Assembly (NCBI RefSeq): GCF_018977255.1
Contig: NW_024704742.1
Location: forward strand, 40,922,001 to 40,986,000
DNA: 64,000 bases
Origin: Callorhinchus milii
Taxonomy: Eukaryota
Reading direction: 5' to 3'
Made by a program: the position numbers and the translations under genes. Under the pieces are notes generated by a model that made no database searches, had not been told where the DNA came from, and saw only the letters and a program-made list of their open reading frames with translations. Of the stretch, positions 51,952 through 63,265 are shown piece by piece; the first letter of the stretch is position 1; every line of letters begins with the position of its first letter.

Positions 51952-52516
51952 CTGTTCCGCAGCAGTGGAGGACTACATCTAGGATGTCATGTGGAGTCGT
52001 GGTGCTGCACTGTGGGATGAGGACGCTGAGATTTCAGGGTGAGCCGCCATGGGGAGGAGGAGTCCTGGAGGAGGTGGATGAAGCCCTGCTGGAGCTGTTG
52101 CCAGTGCAGAGAAGGGAGGATATCGTGGGGCCCGATTACATCGTTGGAGCCGCTTTTAAAAAAAATTATTTTAGTTTTTCTTTCAGTTTTAATGTTTGCT
52201 TAAGCGTTTTTTGTTTTAAAAAGTAGGTTGTATTGCTGGTCGAAACAATATTTTGTTTTTTTTTCAAGTTTGGGGCTTTTATTATTTCAAGGCTTGGTGT
52301 CCATGAGGTGTTGCTGGCTTAATGAAGAAGCTTTAAGGGGGTAATGGATTTAACGATGATTTCTGTACGCAGAGGTTTGTGGGAGGGGGAAAAGTCCGTC
52401 ATTTTTGTTTGTTTACAACTTCATTTTGTTCCACTTTGATAACTACAGTGGTCTGTGGAGCACAAGGTCTCTCTGGAGGCTGACAATTTGGTCTTGATTT
52501 GCACCTGTACGAGATC
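51952..52516 (-). other. LDB2: Candidate LDB2 alternative cassette exon with early stop (LID-less isoform)
   Basis: Two in-frame acceptors (exon start 52516 or 52504), TGA at 52421-52423, donor CAG|GTAAAT at 51951; patchy resemblance to the recalled mammalian CLIM1b-specific exon. Confidence 0.5.
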
Positions 52517-53314
52517 CTTTAGGATAGAGTGTTATTTAGATATGAGCAGACCCATGAAGGAAAGAAACAGCAACATTATTTACACTTGGGATATCACAAT
52601 ATTCTACAGATCTGAACCACAGTATGAGAGCATTTTACGTATCATGTACATTTTCCACAATTGCTCATTTTCAGAGGGGAAACAAGCAGATCATCTATAA
52701 TGTTACCTGGTTACTACAGGAACCCATTTTCAAATCCTAGACATAGATAATACTGCAAATTAACCTCACATAAAACAGGTGCTAATGGGAACCATGAAAT
52801 GCAAGATAGATGCCAGAAGAGAAAGGTTGATTTAGAACAAGTGCACTGGGTGAAAATTTGCAGCCTGACATTCCTTCTTATCTTAGCCTATAAGACTATT
52901 TTGCCTTTAAATTTCAGATTGTGCAGAATTGTGGAAAATTCTTAAATCCATCTTTATTTGGAAATCACTTTGCTGCAGTTATTCAAAAGAAAATACTTTC
53001 AAATTAAGGCTGAGTCTAAAAATTCTCCTTGATTGTTTGCAGCCCTAACTTAAGACAAACTGGTCTTGCAGACTAAGTCAAGGTGAAGTTTCAGACCTCA
53101 GATGCACTGTGGTGAGAGTGGGCAATTTTGCAGAATTTAAAGAACCTAAAAGAGTTTGGTTCTGGATGCAAAAAGACTTGATATTAATATTCAAGAATTA
53201 AATATAAACCTTCTCAACATTTTATGACCAAAAAGAAGGGATTATTTTACTTTACAACAGGGTAACTGTTGGATATAGTACTGTCCAGACACAGAAATGA
53301 AAGGGGATGCTTAC

Positions 53315-53463
53315 AGGTACCTGACTGGAGAGACTGAAGTTGCCTGCAGGGCTTTTCTTCTTGTTGTTAGTGCTGTTGGTGTTTCCTGCATTGCTGTTTG
53401 AGATGCTGTTTGCTGAGTTCTTCCTCTTTCTCCGTTTGTTGGTCTGTTGTCTGGTAGGTTCTG
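53315..53463 (-). CDS. LDB2: LDB2 penultimate coding exon (AEPTRQQTNKRRKRKNS...SLSSQVP) with NLS
   Basis: ORF 53252..53476; KRRKRK NLS; acceptor ttctacag, donor CCT|GTAAGC; 149 nt, phases compatible. Confidence 0.93.
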
Positions 53464-54114
53464 CTGTAGAAAACAAATCAAAAACAAAAGCAAAGAACCA
53501 CAGTCAGAGTTTCTGCATTGAGCTAACGCTCCAATGTTTGATATTGGTCACGTACTGTCTTTACCTAACCAGCCGGAGAGAAGGGTTATACAAGGTGCTG
53601 CTGTGTCAAGCAACACTTGTCAAAGGCACAGCTGAGGAATCCCTACTGGTTAAACGCATGACCCAAATTTATCTCCTATGTGTCATTCCAAAGTTTACAT
53701 TTAATTTTACTAAATGCCACTCAGTTCATAAAGGCTCCTATCATCTCTGAACATTGAAAAGGTCCAGGTAAGCAAAACAATGTGCTTGCCTTATAGTATT
53801 AATAAAAGGCCAAGCAAAATATTGTATTTTTAAAAATTAAATTTTAGAAGGTCACAAGTTCACGTCCCAAAGCTGCCAGATACTCAGTTAAATACCCTTG
53901 TTTTGTCAGATGAGTTTTGCTAGCCCTCAGCCTGCCAGTGAAAATGACCTCCTCTCAGGACGTTACAAGTTCCAGGTCTATAGAAAGAAAAGACTGGCAT
54001 CACCTGCTATGCTTCGTGCTGGAAAATCACAATCCAGCACAGGAAGTAGTCATAGAAACGCTTGGGTGTTGATATCTCAACACCTACAGCTAATACTACA
54101 TTCTATTATATAAT

Positions 54115-54442
54115 ACTTATTATTATTAATAATAAATAATGTAAATATTAATCCTTTCATTTGATACAGCGCTTTTAATGTCTTCTCGACGTCTCAAAGC
54201 GGTTCACAGAATATACTGTAAAGTGAATTGACTGCATATTTTTGGGCGAAACGCGGCAGCCAATTGCGCACAGCAGTGTCCCACAAACAGTCGTGGATTG
54301 AAGTGACCAATTTATTATTGTTTTTTTTTCTTGAGGGATTATTATCAGGTGTGTGGAGTAAGGAAACTCGCCCAAGGTTTTACCTACCAGAAATCAAACC
54401 CATGTTTCTCGCGTGCTCTAACCACTGAGCTACAGGACTCCA
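54115..54442 (-). mobile_element. tRNA-derived SINE
   Basis: Family match; part of the anticodon arm is deleted. Confidence 0.85.
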
Positions 54443-54840
54443 TACTAATAATATCCATCCTTCCAACCAGAGGAGAATATGTTGCAGTAACTAGCCTATG
54501 ATTAAAGATAAGTGGAAGATGGCAATAAAACTATAGCAATGATAATAAGACTTTCACAGCGTGAGTCCAAAAGAATTTTATAGGTTCAATTTACTCCTAG
54601 AAATTGCTGAAAAAACTTTATTTTCTGTCTAGATCCTAGCTTTCTCCTTTTGCCTCAATATAGTAAATGACCAGGAAAACATTACTGTTCTTACTTTCAG
54701 GCATTCCATATTATATGTATGATATATATGTTATATCATTTTTCGACATACTCTTGATATGAGAAATCTTGAATTCCTTCAAGAAGACCCGAGATTGCAA
54801 GTTGGCAAGAGTAACACTGGAGAGTTACTTTATCGCCATT

Positions 54841-55153
54841 GTGTAGTCCTGTAGCTCAGTGGTTAGAGCACTCGCTTTGCAAGCGAGAGATCTGAGTTCA
54901 ATTCCAGGCAGAGGGCGAAACCTTGGGCAAGTTTCCTTACTCCACACGCCTAATAATAATCCCTCCGAAACCAAAAACAATAATAAATTGGTCATTTTCA
55001 ATCTACGACTGTTTGTGGGACATTGCTGTGCGCAATTGGCTGCCGCGTTCGCCCACAAATATACAGTTAATTCACTTTACTGTGTGTTCTGTGAAGCGCT
55101 TTGGGACGTCCTCCCGACGTGAAAAGCGCTATATCAAATGCAAGGATTATTAT
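54841..55153 (+). mobile_element. tRNA-derived SINE, young subfamily
   Basis: Full-length family match. Confidence 0.9.
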
Positions 55154-55201
55154 CAATGATCCAATGGGTGCTTTGACTCAAGTAATCAAATTGAAAATAA
55201 C

Positions 55202-55518
55202 AATAATAATAATACTTGCATTTGATTTAGAGCTTTTCACGTCGAGAGGACGTCCCAAAGCACTTCACAGAATATACTGTAAAGTGAATTGACTGTATAT
55301 TTGTGGGCGAACGCGGCAGCCAATTGCGCACAGCAACGTCCCACAAACAGTCGTAGATTGAAAATGACCAATTTATTATTGTTTTGGGTTTTTGGAGAGA
55401 TTATTATTAGGTGTGTGGAGTAAGGAAACTTGCCCAAGGTTTCGCCCTCTGCCTGGAATTCAACTCAGGTCACTCACTTGCAAAGCGAGTGCTCTAACCA
55501 CTGAGCTACAGAACTCCA
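55202..55518 (-). mobile_element. tRNA-derived SINE, young subfamily, tail-to-tail with 54841-55153
   Basis: Full-length family match. Confidence 0.9.
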
Positions 55519-58500
55519 ACATGATTTTCTACTGGGGCCAACTGCATGTCGCAGATAGAATCACAGCTGGAGGTAGCTACAAGGTTGTAATCCAATCGTG
55601 GGGTAAGGATGCCGTCATGTGGATTGTGAAAATCATCTGAACCCCAAGAGTGGAAGCCTTGGAGTTTCCTCCCCATATGAATTATTTTAATTAGTTTTAC
55701 ACTTCGAATGACTTAAAAGTAATTCAATTTTGTTTTCTTACCGTTGTGGGCTGGGCGCGCCAAGCGAGGTTGTGGGGTTGAGGCGGTGTGACGTAGGAGA
55801 AAGGGTATTACAGCTGATTGTGAGGTTCGACCTGAAGGATTACAGCATCACGTGATAAGGTATTTTACTTTTACATGCTTGTTATTTGCAGAGGTTTTAC
55901 CGGTTCATAAACTGTAGTAAGTATTGTACATATTGTTTTGTAAAACATTTTGTGAGGGTGTGAATTCCCTCCATTTCTCCACAGTCCCACTGATCTCCCC
56001 GACCACGCAACTCCCTCGGCCAATATAGTGGGCAGACAGCCTGATGACAGGCCTTCGCTTTTGCCCCTCCCAGCCAGCTGCCAGGAGGTGCACACAAATG
56101 GCTCTGGCGAGGCCATTCCTTTCGATTGTCTCTCCCTCCTGTGGTGAGGCATTTGCCCTCCCCTCGATGCTTCCCCACTCAGTTGAAACCGGCAACTTCA
56201 TAGCATGAAGTGGGGTGGGGAATTGAAGCAAAGTCCCACCATTTGCAGCGGCCCAGTGAGCTGGGACTCCATCACAATGCACCATTACGTCACTCTAGGA
56301 TTCAACAGTTTGTAATTGACTGCACACTCCATCCTCACAAATGGATGGTGATGGGACCTAATAGGAATAGGACCACAACAATAGTTCCCTCTCCTATCAA
56401 GTCAGATTTGCTCCACTTATGCAACTGGTGTTGAGTGAAATGGTGTAACAATGAAAGCAACAACTCGCTGTGAGCATCAGCACCCACACTACATTAGAAG
56501 TAGGAGGGAATACAAACTGATTATAGAAGTACTGAATTGATGTTTTTACTCCATTTAGTTTTGTCAAAGGTTTAAGTGTAGTCATTGTAATTAAATGTTT
56601 TAGTTGGTCAATCCCGATTGAAAGTCTCTGCTTCTTTTGTGTGAGAAAGATTCTTAGTGCTGCTGTTGTAAAAGCTACTTCAAGAAACATATTAAAGATA
56701 CTGGGATTGAAAAAGAGCTCTTCAGGAAAAAGGTAGTTTTACAGGCCATTGATATCAGAAGAAGTGCTTTGTGACTTAAATTGTATTTCCAGCAGTTCTG
56801 GATGGAGACAAATTTAGAAGAATGGAAAAAGAACTCTGGAAAAATGACATTCATTTGGCACTGCAAAAAGATTCTGCTTCCAAATTTCTAAAATTAAGCA
56901 TCTCACATTTGAAGGCAATTGTCTTAAGCGTAAGAACATGAGACATTTCTGGACCAGTTAAGGTGCTTCTTGCTTTAGGGGTGTGCCAATTTTGAATTGA
57001 TTGAGGTATTTGGCACCGACAATGATTCAAGCTACAGCATTGGAACCAACATTCAGTTTAAGATCTACAAATACATAAAATAGCTAATTGCAAATTAAAT
57101 CATGTAGTTGGACAGTGTCTCCAGGGTAGTTTCCAAATACTTTGTTGATTTTTTTTACATAGAGGTTTGTTAGAATGTGTAATACCTTACTACAAATGCT
57201 TGTTGAAACTGAATCCGTAACAGGATTTAAAACGGAAATGGATAAATACCTGAGGAAAAATAATGTTCAAGGGGAAAGAGTAAGGGAATGTAATTTGAGT
57301 AGGTAGCTCCAATGGAGGAAGCTGTCACCAGGACATACACGATGGGCTGAATGTCCAAATGTTAATATGCTGTATGTTAAAATTTAAAATCCTTAATGCC
57401 CCAAGCATTTTCTGAACTTCACCTCACTGTGAATTTACAATTACTATAAAAGAATATTCCCAGATATAATCTGCTAGCTAATTATCAGTATAACCCACCC
57501 CTTCAATGTATACTGAAAATATCTAGTTGCATCAAAATATATTAAAGAATATAAATCATATCTTAAAGCAATGATAGTTGCACAGATATCCAGACAAAGT
57601 ATTAGTTAATTTTACTGTACTTGTCCAGCTAGGCCTCTCCTACCTGACAAGAGTTTTGGTTCACAGGGTAGAAAATATTTACAGACCGCCGTGTCTCACT
57701 TCGAGTCAGATACTGGATAACCATTAACAGTGCCTTGAACTACTGTGGACTTGGAGAAAGCTGAACATTGCTCACTTTTTTTCCCTCCCAAGCAGATTTA
57801 AGATGTGACATATTCATTTTGTTAACCTCAAAAGAATTGAACCTAAGTCCAGCACTCAATCACTGAGCTACCTAGATGTTTTATGAAGATCTCTCAGTCT
57901 GTTGTGGTTGGCCTCCTGATCAAGGCTGCCATCTTCATTGCTTCTCTAAGTTTGGGACTGATTAATGAGGTTTATATATGGCCAGGACTCTTCTCTAAGT
58001 TTAAAAAATGTCATGTTTTAGCACCAAATCTCAGAAACAATGACAGTGATACATTCAGAGACCTATCTGGTGCATTGTAAGGTTGTTTTTAACAAAACTA
58101 TTTAGTACTGGTTGAATGGTATTTTTCACATAAATAGTGAAGGATCACTGGTTTGGTTCCTCTCTTTGAGTCTGACCTGAAATGATACGAGTGAAGATAC
58201 TTTGGCAGGGAAAGTTAGATCCCAATACATCACAGCAAATGTTTTTCACTCAGAGAGTTGTGGATTGGAAAGCCCTGCCAAGAAAGGCAGTAGAAGCAGA
58301 GTCCATTGTGGATTTCAAGAGGGATGTCGAGAGATATATAAAGGATAGAGGCTTGAAGGGGCAGGCGGATAGGACAGGGCAGTGAGATTGAATGAACAAC
58401 TTGCTCTGAAAGCCGATGCAGACTCAATGAACTGAATATCCTGCTTCAGTGCTGTACATGTACAAACCGAGATCTTCTCTCAGTGCAGTAACCTGGAATG

Positions 58501-59592
58501 GCTATACTCGGGTCTCACGGCAGTTGCTGACGCTACTTTTGCTCTGTTTTTATCTTACAAAACTACTGCTGACGGCAGCCCTGACTTCAGCACTGGTATT
58601 ATCAGGAAAGGGAAGCAGTGAAGCCTCCAGGGGTGCTCAGACCCACTTACATTTCATTTACATAGCATGTGTCTGGTAGTAACCCTTCCCTCAGGGGTAG
58701 CACTGTATTGTAAATGAAGTCAGCGCTGTTGTCTCTGGAGGTAGTTATTACTGCCTCCTAAGGTACACTTATGTCCCATCACAGGAAGAAACAGCACCCA
58801 GCACATAAGTCAAATGGTGCACTGGTCACCAAGCTTTTTGGCTTGGGTCGGGCTGAGTTATTTACCTCACCGACAGGCTGGCATTACAGTGGCAACATTC
58901 CTGACCTGTATAGCCCTTCCCTGGAGATCAAGGCACCTTCTGGATGCAGCAATGTCTTTATTGCAATATAGTTTCTACTGGTAGAAGCGGAGGCTGAGTT
59001 CGATTCTGGCCACTGGTCAGCTCAGGCCACCTGCATCTGCTATTGATGCAGATCTACAATTCAAGGCCTGTGGGGATTGCTCGTGGCCTATAAATAAAGT
59101 CAGCTTTCAAGTGATTGCACATGAACACATGTGACATCCTCCTCTGGCTTAGTTCCACAGCATCGGCAGCCCGGGGCAGCATTACACAAGCACATCACAA
59201 ATGTGTTGTAATATAAATCCTGTACCAAACATAATTTTGTGTTGTGTGTTACAAATCTGATTACAATGTGCACTGATGGGAAGCATCGTTTTATCGGTTA
59301 ATAACGTGTATAATTGTAGCCTCTCCCAGGGTGACCTTATCAGTGGTCATTAGAGCATGTTCGGCAGTTCAAGTGATACTTACTGACATTGCTGATCGTA
59401 ACTTGCAAAAATAGACTAAGTCGAAATACCTATGAAATGTTTTCCCAGAAGGACAGTTGGGTTCTATGGATCAGATTCTAAAATGAGAATATTGTGTAAC
59501 CTATACAAGTTTAACAATAGAACACCGCTCGAGTTGCCTATCACTTTCCCCATCAATAATGTTAGTTAAACAAAGGGACAATGTCTACCTAC

Positions 59593-59716
59593 CTGGGGGG
59601 GCCACCATTCGCTGCCATTTCTGGAATAAACATGTTTTCAGACAGTCTCTTGGGCTGAGGTTGTACGTTTTGTGTCTGGACATCAGCTCTTGCATTGGCT
59701 CCAGTATTACACACAA
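59593..59716 (-). CDS. LDB2: LDB2 coding exon (LCVILEPMQELMSRHKTYNLSPRDCLKTCLFQKWQRMVAPP), LCCD region; upstream exons lie beyond window end
   Basis: Translated by hand; acceptor ttttgcag, donor CAG|GTAGGT; 124 nt; KTYNLSPRDC matches LDB2, and LDB2 neighbours TAPT1 in other vertebrates. Confidence 0.95.
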
Positions 59717-60174
59717 CTGCAAAATGGGTAGAAATGACATCGTTATTATACATCATTAATTGCTGACCTAAGAAAAAATAAAAGCTGCCACTTATTTAAA
59801 CAGATTAGAGTGACTTTAAATAAAATATCTCAGTGAATGGTGTAAGTATTTTGTAAGTGAATGATCATTCTATCCAGATGAATATTGGCCAGGACATTGG
59901 GAGAAACTTTGTTTGCATTTTGAATAGTGCTATGGAATGTTTAACATCTGTTTGAACTTGCAGACGCAACACGGTTTAACGACCCATCCAAAGAATGGCA
60001 CCTCCAACAATCCAGGAAACCCCCAGCACTGCAATGGCAGTGTCAGCCTTGACTATGAGCTCAGAGGTACAGGCGCAGACTCTGGACTGTTCAGTGCCTT
60101 GGGATGTCCTTCCGACGTGAGAGGCACTATATAAATGTAAATTTTTATTGTATTTTTGCATAACAGAATAAAAT

Positions 60175-60545
60175 AATAAAGTTAATCCTTGTATTTGATA
60201 TGGAGCCTTATCACACCATCAAAACATTTTAAACCCTTCACAGGATTGACGAATGCACTGATTGTGTATTTTGTAAGTGAATGATCATTTTATCCAGAGG
60301 AATATTGGCCGGGACATTGGGAGAAACTTCCTTCGCATTTTGAATAGTGCCATGGAATCTTTAACATCTGTTTGAACTTGCAGACGCAACACGGTTTAAC
60401 GACCCATCCAAAGAATGGCACCTCCAACAATCCAGGAACCTCCCAGCACTGCAATGGCAGTGTCAGCCTTGAGTATGAGCTCAAAGTCCTGACATGGGGA
60501 CACCCTTCTGACTCAGAGGCAAGAATGGTACCAACTGACATCTGA
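60175..60545 (-). mobile_element. Older DeuSINE copy, source of the local duplication at 59846-60063
   Basis: Reverse-complement similarity to 4990-5417. Confidence 0.7.
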
Positions 60546-61629
60546 ATGTTATTTTGCTTTCCCATCGTTAGAAACAAAGAAGGAACTTGGGAAGAATATT
60601 TTTATGGAGCCTTATCACATGGAAATGTCTCAAAGAATTTCACAGGCTGGCAGCAAATTTCTGAACCTTCATCATTGCTCTTCCTAAACCAGCCACTAGG
60701 AGGCATGTCAGACCGCCCCGAGATGGCTCTCTTTACTTCCCCCTTTCCTACTCTTGGTGAGGTACCAGGCCTCTCTTTAACTGAATCGTTGAGGAACTGA
60801 ACCTGGGTCTCACGACTTTTGCATCACTCAGTGGTGCCTCAGCTCACTGTGCTAATTAATATTTAAATCTTAAGTATCCTATTGCCAATCTTTAATGGAT
60901 TCACACTGTACTCCTTCTTAAAAGAACTCTGAATGCATAATCAATACTGTAACCAGAAAGCTACAGTTGCTCACAGCCAGTCCACGGCCTTGGCAGCCAT
61001 CTCTGCATTTTTCACACCATGAAAATACACAACCACAACTGAATCCCACTAATCACATCTGTTCTGAGATGAGTAAAAAGCAAACCAGTACCGTGTTAAC
61101 ATGAATAAAATAACGACAAAGCTAAAAGCTGTGTCTCATTATCACTTTCTTGTAAACAAGCTTACTTGGAATCCCAACTACAGCTATTGGCTGAAAGCCC
61201 AGGTAGCTCTCTGAATAACACATTAACATTAAACGCTGCAGCATTTCACTTTCTACTTATTAACATTGAAGGGTCCTTATAATGTGCTCCAAAAATGAAA
61301 AGCCCTTTTCAAATCTGCTCCAAACATAGCTCAGGGAAAACATAGTGTAGGAAACATAGCTCAGGGAGAACAAGAAAAAATAGTTCCTTATTCATCCCAA
61401 TGCCAGAAACAAAACATGCATTGTGTATTGAGCTGCCAAATGTTACATGAAATGACACTGAAGTATTACAAGCACATGGGCTGCATTTGGGGTAAATTTT
61501 GGTTGATCATTCTGTGCTAACAACTGTATGCTCCCTCCATGTAGATTTCTCCAGTCAAAGTAAGTCAGCACTTCCTTTACTTGGTAAACATGCAAGATAA
61601 AAATGTAGTTCTGATAATTCTGTGCGAAT

Positions 61630-62705
61630 AACAATAAAAATCCTTGCATTTATTCTGCCATCAAAATGTCTCAAAGGTATTCACAGCATTTACTGTAAAT
61701 TGTTGCTACAGTCCATTCTGTACACAAGTCCAGCAGTCAATTTGCACACAGCAGTATCTCACAAACAGCCCCCAATTTTATCTGAGGGAATATTGTCCAG
61801 GACACCGGGAAAAATTTCCTTCTCTTTTCGAATAGTACCATGGGATCTTTAATGTCCACTTGAACAAGGCAGATTGGATGGTTAACACCTCATTCGAAGA
61901 ACCGCACTTCTGATAATTCAGCACTCGCCCTGCACTGAATTGGAGTGTCAGCCTAGACTAGCATGGTCCAACAGGCCACAACCAGCCCAGCGGATGATCA
62001 CTGTTTTATCTCCTGGCTGCACCTCTCTTCTGGTTGGTCTTCATGAGGCAGTGTGGAGAGTGACAGGAAGAAGAGCTGAGCAGGAGGTATCTATCCCCGC
62101 CCCTCCCTGTCACGTTTTGCATTGTCTCAAGCAACCTGGTGAGGCACAGCGAGTACTTTGCAATTCTAAACGTACAGAATGATGAGTCTCAGCAGGAAAC
62201 GTGAGGTAGATATGGAAAATAGATGATTTCAGTGTAAGTGGCAAGTGTTTATTGAAACTTGTTTATTGAAAGTAATGGAAAGCCTTGTTTGCTTGCAAGT
62301 CATAGCTGTGTTGAAGGAATTCAGAGATAGTTCTCAATTATCGATTGATCTGTTTGGGATTTGATGAGCATTCTCTGTAGGGGCCCTCATATGCTGAGTT
62401 GATATCTTGTATTACATTAAAAACATTGATTTCCATCTGAGATGATTATTATTAAGTAATACAGTCACACAATTTAAAATACAGGATTTCTGTATGATTC
62501 TTTTATGTTTCTGGAAGGGAAAAAGTAAAATATTTCTTATGTGGCCAGCAGACTTTTCTCAAGTGTGGTATCTGGCCCTCAGCGTCCAAAAGGTTGGACC
62601 ACCCCCGTGTAGACTATGAGCTCAAAGTCCCCATGTGGAGGGTTGACGCACAACTGCTGACTGAAGAGGTGAGATTGCTATCAACTTAGCCAGGCTGACA
62701 CCAGG
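61630..62705 (-). mobile_element. Older DeuSINE split by a hAT-like insertion
   Basis: Body 61630-61958 and head 62607-62705 rejoin at TAGACTATGAGCTCAAAGTCC, as in the 60175-60545 copy. Confidence 0.65.
61959..62606. mobile_element. hAT (Charlie-like) non-autonomous DNA transposon
   Basis: Imperfect TIRs TAGCATGGTCCAAC / GTTGGACCACCCCC; 8-bp TSD-like GCCTAGAC / GTGTAGAC; subterminal GGCCC motifs. Confidence 0.6.
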
Positions 62706-62939
62706 CTGTACTCCAAACATTTCTGTAGCGACTCTCTGTTAAACAGTTGGAAGTCAGCGAATAAATCGCAGTGATGTCAGTTTAAAACAGAACTGCAACA
62801 TTTGGTTACCAATTGGTGCAAAAGGTTGAGCGCCACTTGTGACCAGAAGGTGGCATGAGATACTTTGCTACCTAACGCTAGTCACAAGTGTTCTGATAAC
62901 TTTTTAATTTCTGTCACTGCTCCACAACAGCTCAATAAA

Positions 62940-63265
62940 ATTATTCCACGAGTAACTAAGTCATACGGGACTGGAAAGGTCCCGTGTTTAACTCCCATTG
63001 CGTATTGTGTTACCTGATCTCAGATGGGAAGCTTTAGGGCATTATAGTTAGCTTGAGTGCTGCAGATTAGAGAGGAGGAAAAGCAGCTAAGGTTCCAGCT
63101 CCTGATCTCTATCCAATGATCCTGCTAGAGTTGCCTATGGTGGGACATTGGGTAAGGTTTAGGTCAGGCTTGGCTGTGATACCCCTGCAATTAAATAATC
63201 TGCCCAAGCCTCAAGCATGAATAATGGGCACTTCGGCATGGTATTGTAGCACTGGACCCTATACA
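62940..63265 (+). mobile_element. LF-SINE-like ancient SINE
   Basis: CTGATCTCAG...GGTTCCAGCTCCTGATCTCTATCCAATGA...GGCTTGGCTGTGAT resemble the recalled LF-SINE consensus; related reverse copy at ~46020-46200. Confidence 0.6.

Noticed and set aside
54841..54920. tRNA-Ala(TGC)-like sequence (also at other SINE heads)
   Set aside because: Anticodon arm and A/B boxes are present, but there is no acceptor stem and it continues into a SINE body
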